64,000 nucleotides of DNA from an uncultured Gemmatimonadales bacterium. GTDB lineage: Bacteria; Gemmatimonadota; Gemmatimonadetes; Gemmatimonadales; GWC2-71-9. Location: positions 640,001-704,000 of the forward strand of contig CAWGED010000019.1 in the NCBI GenBank assembly GCA_963821525.1, given 5' to 3'. A program made the translations under genes and the position numbers. Each line of letters starts with the position of its first letter. The stretch's first letter is position 1. Below the pieces are notes generated by a model. That model worked only from the letters and a program-made list of their open reading frames with translations. It did no database searches and was not told the DNA's origin. Shown here one piece after another: positions 43,294-53,780 of the stretch.

Positions 43294-44784
43294 ATGGATT
43301 CTCTCGAAGTCTTTCTGTCCCGGGCCAGGCCGGGGATGGTTCCGGTCACGCGTGAGGTAGTGCTGGACGGCGACACGCCCGTCTCCGCCTTCGCCAAACT
43401 GCACCGGGGTCCCTACGGCTTTTTACTCGAGTCCCTGGAAGGTGGGGAGAAGTGGGCCCGCTACACCTTTCTCTCGACCAATCCCCGTGAGGTCTACCGC
43501 TACCGAGGCCGGACCGCGGAACGCTGGCGCGAAGAAACCGGCTGGCAGGTGGTCGGGGAGGACGTGGCTCCTCTGGAACACCTTAGCGCCACGATGCGAC
43601 AACACCCCTCGGTTGAAGTTCCGGGCCTGCCCCGCTTCACCGGAGGCGCCGTCGGCTTCATCGGCTACGACATCGTCCGGACTCTGGAGCGGCTGCCTAA
43701 CGCGCCCCGGGACGACCGTTCGCTGCCCGATGCTGTACTGATGGTAGCGGATACCCTCCTCGTCCTCGACAACCTGTACAACCGCGCCACGGTCATCGCG
43801 AACGTCGAGGTCGTGGAGAACATGACGCGGGCCCAATTGGAAAGCCTTTATCGCGGAGCCGAAGAAAAGATCGGGGAATGGCTGGAGCGACTGGGACAAG
43901 CGTCCCCCATCGGGCCGCTTCACCTGCCGCCTGAAGCTCCGGTTCCAAAGGCGACTTCACCCTACGAAGACGGGAAATTCCAGGACGGAGTCCGGCGGAT
44001 CCAGGAATACATCACGGCGGGCGACACCTTTCAGACCGTCCTTTCCCGCCGGCTGGATCTGACGGCGCCGGACCCGATGTTGACCTACCGGTACCTTCGC
44101 GCGCTGAATCCCGCGCCCTATCTCTATTTCCTCCATTGCGACGAACTGCACATCGTGGGCAGCTCGCCCGAGGTTCTGGTTCGGGTGGAGAATGAGGAAG
44201 TCACCCTGCGCCCCATCGCCGGCACTCGGCCTCGGGGCGCTACCCCGCAGGCCGACGCGTTACTCGCCACCGAGCTGGAGGCCGACCCCAAGGAGCGGGC
44301 GGAGCACCTCATGCTGGTGGACCTGGGACGCAACGACGTTGGCCGGGTGGCGCGATACGGCACAGTTCGAATCACGACATTCATGGTGATCGAACGCTAC
44401 TCCCATGTGATGCACCTGGTGAGCGAGGTGCGCGGCACCCTGCGGGAAGGGCTCGATGCCCTCGACGCGCTCGCTGCCTGCTTCCCGGCCGGAACGGTTT
44501 CTGGAGCACCCAAGGTCCGGGCGATGGAAATCATCGACGAGCTGGAGCCGGTGAGGCGCGGTCCGTATGCTGGCGCTGTGGGCTACATCGGCTGGGGCGG
44601 GAAGAGTCTCGACACCGCGATCGCGATCCGGACCGTGGTGATGAAGGGGAATCGGGCATGGGTGCAGGCGGGTGCCGGCATAGTGGCCGATTCCGATCCG
44701 CAGGGTGAATGGAAGGAGACCGAGGCCAAGGCGCGGGCCGTCCTGGCAGCCATGGGGCTGGCGGGACTGCGGTGGGAGGAGTAG
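43294..44784 (+). CDS. trpE: Anthranilate synthase component I
   Basis: FLLES, NPAPY, SSPE, PIAGT, AEHLMLVDLGRND, PAGTVSGAPK, QAGAGIVADS. Confidence 0.93.
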   Translation: MDSLEVFLSRARPGMVPVTREVVLDGDTPVSAFAKLHRGPYGFLLESLEGGEKWARYTFLSTNPREVYRYRGRTAERWREETGWQVVGEDVAPLEHLSATMRQHPSVEVPGLPRFTGGAVGFIGYDIVRTLERLPNAPRDDRSLPDAVLMVADTLLVLDNLYNRATVIANVEVVENMTRAQLESLYRGAEEKIGEWLERLGQASPIGPLHLPPEAPVPKATSPYEDGKFQDGVRRIQEYITAGDTFQTVLSRRLDLTAPDPMLTYRYLRALNPAPYLYFLHCDELHIVGSSPEVLVRVENEEVTLRPIAGTRPRGATPQADALLATELEADPKERAEHLMLVDLGRNDVGRVARYGTVRITTFMVIERYSHVMHLVSEVRGTLREGLDALDALAACFPAGTVSGAPKVRAMEIIDELEPVRRGPYAGAVGYIGWGGKSLDTAIAIRTVVMKGNRAWVQAGAGIVADSDPQGEWKETEAKARAVLAAMGLAGLRWEE

Positions 44785-44792
44785 AAATCCCC

Positions 44793-46394
44793 ATGCCCTT
44801 CAAGCTCGTCCCGTTCACCGGCGATCAGGATTTCGACCTCTCCGCCAAGAACGCATATATCGTCGGGCGGGCGGTGACGAGCGACATTCCGATTTTCGAT
44901 CCTACGATCTCCCGCCGCCACGCCGAGCTGGTCCCCAACACGACCGGCGTCACGGTGAAGGACCTCGGCAGCTCGAACGGCACATTTATCAATGGCACGC
45001 GGGTCACCGAGGGGACGCTCGCCGCGAATGATTCGGTGACCTTCGGCAAAGTCGTCTTCCAGCTCAAGTCTCTCGAGGTCACACCGCTTCGTCCGCCGGC
45101 CAACCAGGCCCCGGCTCCCAACCAGACGATCGTTCGCCAGGTCTCGGTGAGCGGAGGGATGCCGGCGGTGATGTCGCCCTCGGCATCGGGAAGCCCGAGC
45201 GGTGTGGGACAACTGAAGGTGGCGGGAGTCTCGACCCAGGAGCGGCAAGCCAAGAAGCTCTCGCTGCTCCTGGAAGTGGCTCAGAAGCTCTCGGGCGAGC
45301 TGGACCTCGACAAGGTGTTGGGCCGGGTCGTGACCACGACGTTCGATGTGATGAACGTGGACCGGGTCTCGGTGCTGCTGCGCAACGACGGTACCGGGGA
45401 ACTCATTCCCCGAATGTCGAAGAGCCGCCTGGGCGATGCCTCGGCCCAGCACGTGCCCCGGTCGATCGCGCGCAAGGCGGTCGAGGAGCGGGTCGCGATT
45501 CTGTCCGACAACGCGGCAGCGGATGACCGGTTCAAGGGCGGTCAGTCCATCATGATCCAGAGCGTCCGCAGCGCCATGTGCATTCCGCTCATGGCCTCGG
45601 CGGAGCAGGTGCTGGGCATCCTTTACGTGGACAACCTCACCGCGACGAATTCGTTCAGTGACGAGGACCTGCAATTCCTGATCGCATTCGGAGGCCTCGC
45701 CGCGATCGCGATCAAGACCAGCCGCTTCGCCGAACAGATCCAGCGCGAAGCGATGGTCCGCTCCAACTTCGAGCGCTACTTCGCGCCCAACGTCGCCGCG
45801 GAGATCGCTCAGCAGCAGGGTGCCGTCAAGCTGGGCGGCGACAGGCGCCCGGTCACGATTCTGTTCAGCGACATCCGGGGCTTCACCAGCATGTCGGAAC
45901 ACATGAGCCCGGATGCGATCGCCGGGCTGCTCACCGACTACTTCACCGAGATGGTGGAGGTGGTCTTCAGCCACGGCGGGACGCTGGACAAATTCATCGG
46001 CGATGCAATCATGGCCCTCTGGGGTGCACCGATTCCCCACGCCGATGACCCTGACCGCGCGGTAGCGGCGGCGATCGGGATGCAGCGCGCGCTGGTCGCG
46101 CTCAACGAGAAGTGGAAAGAGGAAGGAAAGCCAGAAATCGGCGTGGGGATCGGCATCAACTATGGCGACACCTTCGCCGGCAACATCGGCAGCCACCTGC
46201 GGCTCGAATACACCGTGATCGGAGACGCCGTCAACGTCGCCTCACGGCTCTGCTCCAAGTCCTCGAAGGGAGAAATCCTGATCAGCGACCCGCTGTACCA
46301 GATGCTGAAGGCCAAGCCGGCCGTGGAACCGCTCGAACCCCTCGCGGTGAAGAACCGGGGGGCGCCGGTGCCGGTGTGGAAGGTGAAGATTTAG
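44793..46394 (+). CDS. FHA-GAF-class III adenylate cyclase
   Basis: FHA GR...ISRRHA...DLGSSNGT; GAF SAMCIPL; cyclase FSDIRGFT, DKFIGDA, IGDAVNVASRL. Confidence 0.92.
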   Translation: MPFKLVPFTGDQDFDLSAKNAYIVGRAVTSDIPIFDPTISRRHAELVPNTTGVTVKDLGSSNGTFINGTRVTEGTLAANDSVTFGKVVFQLKSLEVTPLRPPANQAPAPNQTIVRQVSVSGGMPAVMSPSASGSPSGVGQLKVAGVSTQERQAKKLSLLLEVAQKLSGELDLDKVLGRVVTTTFDVMNVDRVSVLLRNDGTGELIPRMSKSRLGDASAQHVPRSIARKAVEERVAILSDNAAADDRFKGGQSIMIQSVRSAMCIPLMASAEQVLGILYVDNLTATNSFSDEDLQFLIAFGGLAAIAIKTSRFAEQIQREAMVRSNFERYFAPNVAAEIAQQQGAVKLGGDRRPVTILFSDIRGFTSMSEHMSPDAIAGLLTDYFTEMVEVVFSHGGTLDKFIGDAIMALWGAPIPHADDPDRAVAAAIGMQRALVALNEKWKEEGKPEIGVGIGINYGDTFAGNIGSHLRLEYTVIGDAVNVASRLCSKSSKGEILISDPLYQMLKAKPAVEPLEPLAVKNRGAPVPVWKVKI

Positions 46395-46530
46395 TCGATT
46401 GAAGATTGAGGATTTCAGATTGAAGATTGGGAACTGCAATTTCAGATGGAAGATTTCAGATTGAAGATTTGAAGCCGATGCTCAAAACTGCAGTTCAAAT
46501 CTGAAATCTGACATCTTAAATCTGAAATCT
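46385..46530. repeat. AT-rich inverted heptamer arrays (GAAGATT, TCAGATT)n / (AATCTGA)n
   Basis: Between convergent cyclase and maf genes; overlaps both 3' ends. Confidence 0.9.
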
Positions 46531-47085
46531 GTACCCAACCCCAGCCTCACCCAACAGCTTCAGCACCAGTCGCACCGGCAACCCCATCACACCGAAAAAA
46601 TCGCCATCGATCCGCTCGACCAGCGCGGCGCCGTAGCCCTGGATGCCGTAGGCGCCGGCTTTGTCCATCGGTTCTCCGGTGGCGATGTACGCTCGGAGAA
46701 AGTCGTCGTTGCACGGAGAAAAGGTTACCGAGGTGATGTCGGTGGCCTGGCGAAGGGTCCCGTTCGAAACCAGGGCCACTGACGTGATCACCTGATGGGT
46801 CTGGCCCTGCAGCTTCCGGAGCATTGCAAGAGCCTCGTCGGAGTCCGCCGGCTTCTCCAGCAGATCATCACCCAGCAGTACGATGGTGTCGGCACCGAGG
46901 ACCAGGTCCCCCTTCACGCTGCGAGCCTTGTCCCGCGCCAGGCGTTCCGCATACTCCACCGGCGTTTCCCCCGCCGCTCGCTGCTCTTCGATGTGCGACG
47001 GCCGGACCTCGACCGGAATGCCGAGCATCTCGAGCAGCTGACGGCGCCGGGGAGAGGCGGAGGCGAGGATGAGGGGGTGGGGCAT
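46516..47085 (-). CDS. maf: Maf nucleoside triphosphate pyrophosphatase
   Basis: ILASASPRR, GADT, EKP, DKAGAYGIQG, VMGLP. Confidence 0.95.
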   Translation of the reverse strand: MPHPLILASASPRRRQLLEMLGIPVEVRPSHIEEQRAAGETPVEYAERLARDKARSVKGDLVLGADTIVLLGDDLLEKPADSDEALAMLRKLQGQTHQVITSVALVSNGTLRQATDITSVTFSPCNDDFLRAYIATGEPMDKAGAYGIQGYGAALVERIDGDFFGVMGLPVRLVLKLLGEAGVGYRFQI

Positions 47086-47097
47086 GAGGAAGGGATA

Positions 47098-47187
47098 GAG
47101 GGAGTAGGGATTGGGGAGTAGGGAGTAGGGCGAACCGATTGGGCGGAGGAAGTGGCCCACTCCCCACCCCCTACTCCCTACAACCGG
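47098..47187. repeat. Inverted heptamer arrays (TAGGGAG)n / (TCCCTAC)n
   Basis: Same family as 36933-37049, sharing inner TAGGGCG and outer CCTACAACC. Confidence 0.85.
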
Positions 47188-47631
47188 TCAGGGTGTCCGC
47201 TCCAGCACCAACGTCACCGGCCCGTCATTATGTATCTCGACCTGCATCATCGCCCCAAACTCTCCGGTCTCTACCTTGAGTCCCTTGGCGCGCAGGGCGG
47301 CGACGAAGCGTTCGTAGAGTGGGATCGCGACTTCGGGCCGCGCGGCATCGATGAATGACGGTCGGCGGCCCTTCGCGGCGTCGCCGTAGAGCGTGAACTG
47401 GGAGATCACCAGGATCGCCCCGCCCACCTCGTCCAGACCGAGGTTCATCTTGTCCTGGGCATCGCTGAATAGCCGAAGGCTCGCGACCTTCTCGGCCATC
47501 CAGTCCACCTCGGCCGGGGTGTCGGAATGGGTGAATCCCACGAGGAGGCAGAACCCGCGGTCGATCGCGCCAGCAATCCGGCCCTCGATCGTGACCGATG
47601 CGCGAGTAACGCGCTGCAGGACGACGCGCAC
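47188..47631 (-). CDS. dtd: D-aminoacyl-tRNA deacylase
   Basis: QRV, SQFTL, KGRRPSF, GEFGAMM, NDGPVT. Confidence 0.97.
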   Translation of the reverse strand: MRVVLQRVTRASVTIEGRIAGAIDRGFCLLVGFTHSDTPAEVDWMAEKVASLRLFSDAQDKMNLGLDEVGGAILVISQFTLYGDAAKGRRPSFIDAARPEVAIPLYERFVAALRAKGLKVETGEFGAMMQVEIHNDGPVTLVLERTP

Positions 47632-47779
47632 CTGGGATCTCCGCTGTAGGCTGGGACTCGGATGGCTGAGAGTCGGCTTATTCTAATGTGCCAGGCGACT
47701 CGGCGGAGGAGGCCGGCGCCCGGCTCGCGACCCGGGGAGCCCCTCCGGCATCTCTCCCAGAACCGCAACTCAGGGATCC

Positions 47780-49072
47780 ATGACCGTCCGCCGCCGCCGT
47801 AACCGACTCGGGCTCTTCATCGCCTGCCTTTCACTCCAGGCAGCGATGGGTGCTGCTCAGGGGAGTCCACGCGATACCGCGCTCACCCGGCAGTACCTCC
47901 ATGAGGCCGACAGCATCGCGGACGGAGACGCGGGACTGCTCTGGGGCCTTTCCCTCGCCGGACCGATGATGCTGGTGGATCGGGACACCCGCGCCATCAT
48001 CGCCAACGTTGCCGATGGTGAAGGGCGATTGAAGCAGGCGGGATCGGTGTTCGTGGGAACTCTGCCCGCGGACCAGAACGTGAGCAACACCGGCTTCAAC
48101 TGGGCCGGCCGGCGATGGACCATGGTGGCGCTGCCGGTGCCCCAGGACCCGGTATCTCGTGCGGCACTCATGATGCACGAGCGCTGGCACCGGATCCAGG
48201 ACAGCCTCGGCTTTCCCGCCTCGAGCCCAACCAACGACCATCTCGATACTCGGGATGGCCGGCTCTGGCTGCGACTCGAAGGCCGCGCGCTACAGCGAGC
48301 CATGGTTACGAAAGGCGAGAAGCGCCGCACAGCGGCAAGCGACGCGGTGCTCTTCCGGCGCTATCGCCGTCAGCTGATCTCCGGCGCCGACAGCAGCGAG
48401 CGAGCACTCGAGATGAACGAGGGGCTGGCCGAGTATACCGGTTTGACGTTGGCCGGTTTCAGCGATTCCGCGATCGCGAGGCAGGTGGCGACGCTCGATA
48501 CCGCGTCGAGCCTGGGCCGCTCGTTCGCCTATTACACCGGACCCGCTTACGGACGACTGCTCGACGTGCTGGGGATGGTCTGGCGCCCTTCACTGAATCC
48601 GGCTCAGGATCTCGCGGCTCTGCTGGCAACCGCCCTCTTACCCACACCGATTCCGAATCTGACCGATGCGGTCCAACGGGCCGGAGCCTATGGCTATGAA
48701 CAGGTAAGGCAGCAGGAAGAGGCCCGAGCCATCGCACGAATCGCCCGTCAGGCCGAGCTGCGACAACGCTTCGTCAGCGGACCGGTGCTGCGCCTGCCGC
48801 TCCGCGACATGCGAGTCGGATTCGACCCCAACCGGGTCGAGCCGCTTGATTCGGTGGGACCGGTATATGCGGCTCTGCGGATCGTGGACAGCTGGGGTGT
48901 TTTGGACGTGACCGACGGCGGTGGACTGATCCGTGACTGGCAGGAGGCGATCGTCCCGGCCCCGGAGATTACCAAGGGCAAGATCTCAGGACCGGGCTGG
49001 ACGCTCGATCTCGCCAAGGGGTGGATTCTGGTTCCCGGGACGCGTCAGGGAGACTACACCGTAAGTCACTGA
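47780..49072 (+). CDS. Secreted protein, putative gluzincin metallopeptidase
   Basis: Signal peptide; HERWH and downstream NEGLAEY. Confidence 0.6.
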   Translation: MTVRRRRNRLGLFIACLSLQAAMGAAQGSPRDTALTRQYLHEADSIADGDAGLLWGLSLAGPMMLVDRDTRAIIANVADGEGRLKQAGSVFVGTLPADQNVSNTGFNWAGRRWTMVALPVPQDPVSRAALMMHERWHRIQDSLGFPASSPTNDHLDTRDGRLWLRLEGRALQRAMVTKGEKRRTAASDAVLFRRYRRQLISGADSSERALEMNEGLAEYTGLTLAGFSDSAIARQVATLDTASSLGRSFAYYTGPAYGRLLDVLGMVWRPSLNPAQDLAALLATALLPTPIPNLTDAVQRAGAYGYEQVRQQEEARAIARIARQAELRQRFVSGPVLRLPLRDMRVGFDPNRVEPLDSVGPVYAALRIVDSWGVLDVTDGGGLIRDWQEAIVPAPEITKGKISGPGWTLDLAKGWILVPGTRQGDYTVSH

Positions 49073-49120
49073 TCCTGCTCAAGCCGCCAGCCAAGCTGCG
49101 AGGGTGGTAGACTTAGGTGT

Positions 49121-49989
49121 ATGCCGTTGCGTCCCTTCCCCGGCACTCGGTGGATTCACCAGCGCCGGCGCGGTAGTCGTTCGCCCCACCGGCCCGACCC
49201 TCCACCTGGTCCAATGATCGGCTGACCACCGCCTGGCTCGGCCACGCGACGGTCCTTCTCAACCTGTTTGGACGCTGGATCCTCACCGACCCAGCCCTGC
49301 GCCGGCGGGTCGGCGTGCATTTTGGTTTGGGCACCATCGGACCTCGCCGGCTCATTCCCGCCGCTCTACGCCCCAGAGATATCCCTTCGCTGGATCTGCT
49401 GTTGATCTCTCATGCCCACATGGATCATCTCGACTACGGGACGCTGCGCTACTTGCCCAGGCGAACGCCGGTCGTCACCAGCCGCGGCAACGCCGACCTT
49501 CTGGGCCGGTTCACGCAGGTCGAGGAGCTGTCGTGGGGCGAAGAGGTGGAAGTCTCTGGCATCGGCGTGCGCGCGATTCCTGCCCGGCATTGGGGTGCCA
49601 GGGTGATGACCGCCAGGGTGATGACCGATCGCCATCGCGGCTACGGCGGATTTCTGCTGGAGTACCAAGGCATGCGAGTCGTGTTCGCGGGAGACACCGC
49701 GTACACCGACCGTTATCGCGAGATCGGCGCCGAGGCTCCAGTGGATCTGGCCATCGTCCCGATTGGCGCCTACGACCCGTGGATCGACAATCACGCGAGC
49801 CCGGAGCAGGCGTGGGCAATGACCCGAGATCTGCGGGCGCGGTATGTCATGCCGGTGCACCACTCCACGTTCCGCTTGAGCCGTGAACCCCCTGATGAGC
49901 CGATCCGCCGCTTCCTCGCCGCGGCGGGACCGGAGCGCGACAGGATCGTCGCCACAGAGGTCGGCGCGACCTGGAGCCTCCCCACGTGA
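49121..49989 (+). CDS. Metallo-beta-lactamase-fold hydrolase (frameshift near 49199)
   Basis: WLGHATV, LTDP, SHAHMDH, FAGDT, PIGAY, PVHHSTF. Confidence 0.88.
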
Positions 49990-51792
49990 AACTGCATGTC
50001 ACTCGCAAACAGGTCGGCTGGTTTGGCGTTATCACGTTCCTGCTCACCGTCATCGCGATCTATGGCGGGGCCTGGCTGCTGGAGCGCGCGCTCATGCTGC
50101 CAGTCAATGCCTACATCAGAGACCGCACGCTCGCCTTTCTCCAGGAGAAGAACGTAGAAGGTCTGGTCATCACCTTCCCCAAACTCGACCTGAGCCTGGT
50201 CCGCCGACGGCTGGTCATCAACGATCTCAAGATCCGCTACGACAACAAGGACAGCACCCGCTACGAGCGCTTCCAGGCCACGGTACCGCGAATCACGCTG
50301 ACGGGCGTCGACCTCGGAGACGTGATCTGGCACCGGCATCTCCGGCTCGACGCCGTGCGGCTCTCCAGTCCGGTCCTGAGTCGGCTTCGCGAATCGATCG
50401 ATAGCGGCGCCAAGCCGCCGATCCCTGCCTCGGCGGCTGATGAAAATGAGGTAGTACCCGACTCACTCGCGGCCCAGATTCCGGCCCTCGACAGCGTGGT
50501 CTTTAACCTGGTCTCCAGCTGGCTGCCGGACGACTTTCGCAACGCCCGCATCGAGCTGATAGCGGTGGACGACGCCACGATCGTTTCTACGGCCCGAGAA
50601 GGGAGCAAGGCTTCCCGCGATTCGACCTCGCAGCCTGGCGCTCCGGATCCGAGGCATTCAGCTGGACAGTACGGAGCGGCGAGTGTTCGAATCGGCCCGA
50701 CTCTCTGCCGCTTCGCTTTTTCACCTCACCAGCGGCCTGCGCGGCTCGCTCCGCATTGACAGCCTGATCCTTCAGCTGGATCCCAACGACACCACCGTCG
50801 AGTTCACCTCGCTCCGCACCTTCCCCGCCGATAGCGGGCACTCACTTTACCTCGGCGGCTTCAAGCGGGGGCATCACGGACGGACCTTCTCGCTTGATAC
50901 CATCGCCTACGAGCCGCTCAAGACCGATTCGGCGTTCTTTGCCCACGGCCCCAGCCGGCGGACCAGGGTCCGGTTGTCCTTGAAGGGCATGAAAGGCAGC
51001 GGAGTCGAGGCGGCCGCATTGCCCCGGGGGCAGGCGGTGGTGCAGCGGGTCGGGATCGATTCGCTCCGAATCGATGCCATAGTCGATACCCGGACCGACC
51101 CGCACCCAAGGCCACGCCAGTTGTGGCCCCAGGTCCTGGCCCAGGCTTCCTGGCGCCTCGGGATCGACACCGTACAGTTGGAGCACGGTTACATCCACTA
51201 CGGCGAGCTCAAGGCCAACCGCCCGGAGCCGGCGGTGGTGTGGTTCTCGAACATTTCGGCCACCATCACAGGACTGGGCAACCATCCCGACAGCACCCGG
51301 ATTTCTACTCCGGCCGTGATGCTGGCCAAGGGACAGTTCATGGGTCAGGGATCGCTCGAGGCCCGGCTCGAGGTCCCAATCGTTCCGGATCATTTCGCCA
51401 TGAGGGCCGAGGGCAAAGCGGCGGATCTCCGTGCGGAGGTGTTGAACCGGTTTCTTCTTACCGCGATGGGGGTGCGGGTGACCAGCGGCCGAGCTCACCG
51501 GGCGACCTTTGCCTTTCGGGTGGCTAACGGTAAAGCGACCGGAGATATGACTCTGATCTACGACAGCCTGGCCGTCCAAATCGTGGATCGGACCACACGG
51601 AAGAAAGGGCTGGACGAGAAGCTGAAGACCTTCTTCGCCAACAAGTTTATGATGCGCAGCAGCAACATGCCGGACGACAAGGGCAAGCTCGACCCTGCAC
51701 CGATTTCCTACCGATACAAATTGGGGGAGACCTTCTGGGGCGGGATCTGGCGGTCCTTGAGGAGCGGCCTAACCAAGACGATCAAGAAGTAG
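49986..51792 (+). CDS. Membrane-anchored beta-rich envelope protein (AsmA/DUF748-like), paralog 1; frameshift near 50630
   Basis: N-terminal TM helix, long beta-rich body, C-terminal amphipathic helix; ORFs 49986-50759 and 50683-51792. Confidence 0.6.
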
Positions 51793-51823
51793 TTAATTCC
51801 CGCTCTGCCTGGAGCCGCATCCA

Positions 51824-53623
51824 ATGAGCCGTAAAGCCAAAATTTGGCTGTTGGTACTACTCGTCTTCGTGGTGACCATCTCAGTCGCCTTGTGGATACT
51901 GCCAACCAAGTTCGAGGCCGCGCTTCGCGCCACGGTCAACGACTATCTCCGCGAGAAGACCCTCGCGATGCTCGACGAAACCGATGTCGCCGGGCTGAAT
52001 GTGGAGTTCGGGTCGCTGGACCTGAGTTTTGCCCAGCGCCATCTGATCATCAACGACATCCGCATCAGGTACGACCATCGCGACTCCACCAAATACGTGC
52101 GGTTCACGGCCGAAACGCCGCGGGTGGCCCTCATGGGGCTGGACCTCCTCGACATCATCAAGCACCAAAGTTTTCGGTTGAGCCGAGGTGCGCATCGACC
52201 GCCCGGTGCTGAGTCAACTTCAGGAACTGAGCGGAAAACCCAAGAAGCCTGAGAAGCAACCTCGTGCCGTCGCGGTAACCGAAGAAGACACGCTTCCGAT
52301 GGCGCCCCGGTCGAGCTGGATACCCTGCTCTACCATGCGGTGGCTGCCTGGCTTCCCGATGAAATACGCCAGGGGCGCATCGATCTCATCGCCCTCAATC
52401 ACGGCAGCGTCCTGTCGGTTACCAAACGGGGCAAGGATGTCACCCGGGACTCGCTCGGCAACATTGATCTGAAACTTCGAGGTCTGGGGCTCGACAGTCT
52501 CAAGCAGAAGGTCTTCGAGGGGATCTCCGTCGACCTGCAAATGGCGCTTCACGTGTCCGGACAAGCCGATTCGGTCCAGATAGACACGGTTGCGATGCGG
52601 CTCGATCCCAAGGATACGGTGCTTACCGTGCGAAGGGCTCGATCCACCCCGTCGAACCCCGAGAAGTCGGCCCTTTTCCTGGAAGGACTCAAACGCTCCA
52701 GCCGTGAGGGGCAGCTCAAGCTTGATACCTTGACGTTCGGCCCTCGTGCCAGTGATCAGAAATGGCTCGCGCGAGCCACCAAGCGGCGAAGTCGAATCCG
52801 GTTCAACCTGGGACAGCTCACGATCGACGGTACGCTGCTCCGTCGGGTCTTGGGTGAGCGGGTCGAGCTTCGTCGGATTGGCGTGGGAAGCATGACCCTC
52901 GACGTGCTTGCCGACCGGCGGGCCGAGAAAAACCCTCCGAAGCCGCGCACGATGTGGTCCCAGCGTCTGGCCGACCTGGATTGGGCGGTGCGAGTCGACA
53001 CCATCTCCCTGAAAAAGGGCACCATACGCTACGGGGAGATCAACGCGGGGCGTCCCGAGGTGGCACTGCTTTACTTCTCCGATGTCAACGCCATGGTGAC
53101 CAATCTCGGCAACAAGGAAGGCTACGGCGGAAAGACCGCCCCCGTTGCCAAGATTGACGCTACTGCCAAGCTGATGGGCAAGGGTGCCGTCAAAGCCCAC
53201 ATGGAGATACCCCAGACACCCGGCACTCACGTCTCCAGCGTCTCGGGGAGCCTTGGCACGTTCCAGGGTCCGGAGCTCAACTCGATGCTGCTCTATGCAG
53301 CGGGAGTGAAACTCAAGAGCGGGCGGATGGACTCCGTCAGCTTCAATTTCAAGGTGGCGAACGGATTGTCTGCCGGCAGCTTCTCCTCGACCTTCGACAG
53401 CCTGAGTCTCGAAATAGTGAACCGGGTGAGCCAGAAGCGCGGGCTCAAGGAAAAGCTGATGGGCAAGGCGGCGAACGCCCTGGTGCGGAACTCGAACCGT
53501 CCCGGCGAGAAGAGCTACCGGCCCGAGGTCCCGATCAAGTACGAGCTCAAGAACAGCGACAGCTTCTTCGGGATGGTATGGCAGTCGCTGAAGTCCGGGT
53601 TGCTGAAGATGATGAAGGACTAG
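51824..53623 (+). CDS. AsmA/DUF748-like envelope protein, paralog 2; frameshifts near 52190 and 52310
   Basis: Shares LDLS...L.IND..IRYD..DST.Y.RF and W.SL.SGL.K with paralog 1. Confidence 0.6.
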
Positions 53624-53627
53624 AAAG

Positions 53628-53780
53628 CAGCCGTCAGCCATCAGCCGTCAGACAGCCAGCTGTTAGCTATTAGCTGTCATAGAGGCCGCAATGAGAGACC
53701 CTCCGACGGGTTGCGTCGGAGGGTCTCGTTATTGGCTGATCGCCAACAGCTAATAGCTGACGGCTCTGACGGCTGACGGC
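53628..53780. terminator. Probable bidirectional terminator hairpin (53695-53727) inside inverted (CAGCCGT)n / (ACGGCTG)n arrays
   Basis: 14-bp perfect stem GAGACCCTCCGACG / CGTCGGAGGGTCTC between convergent genes. Confidence 0.75.
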
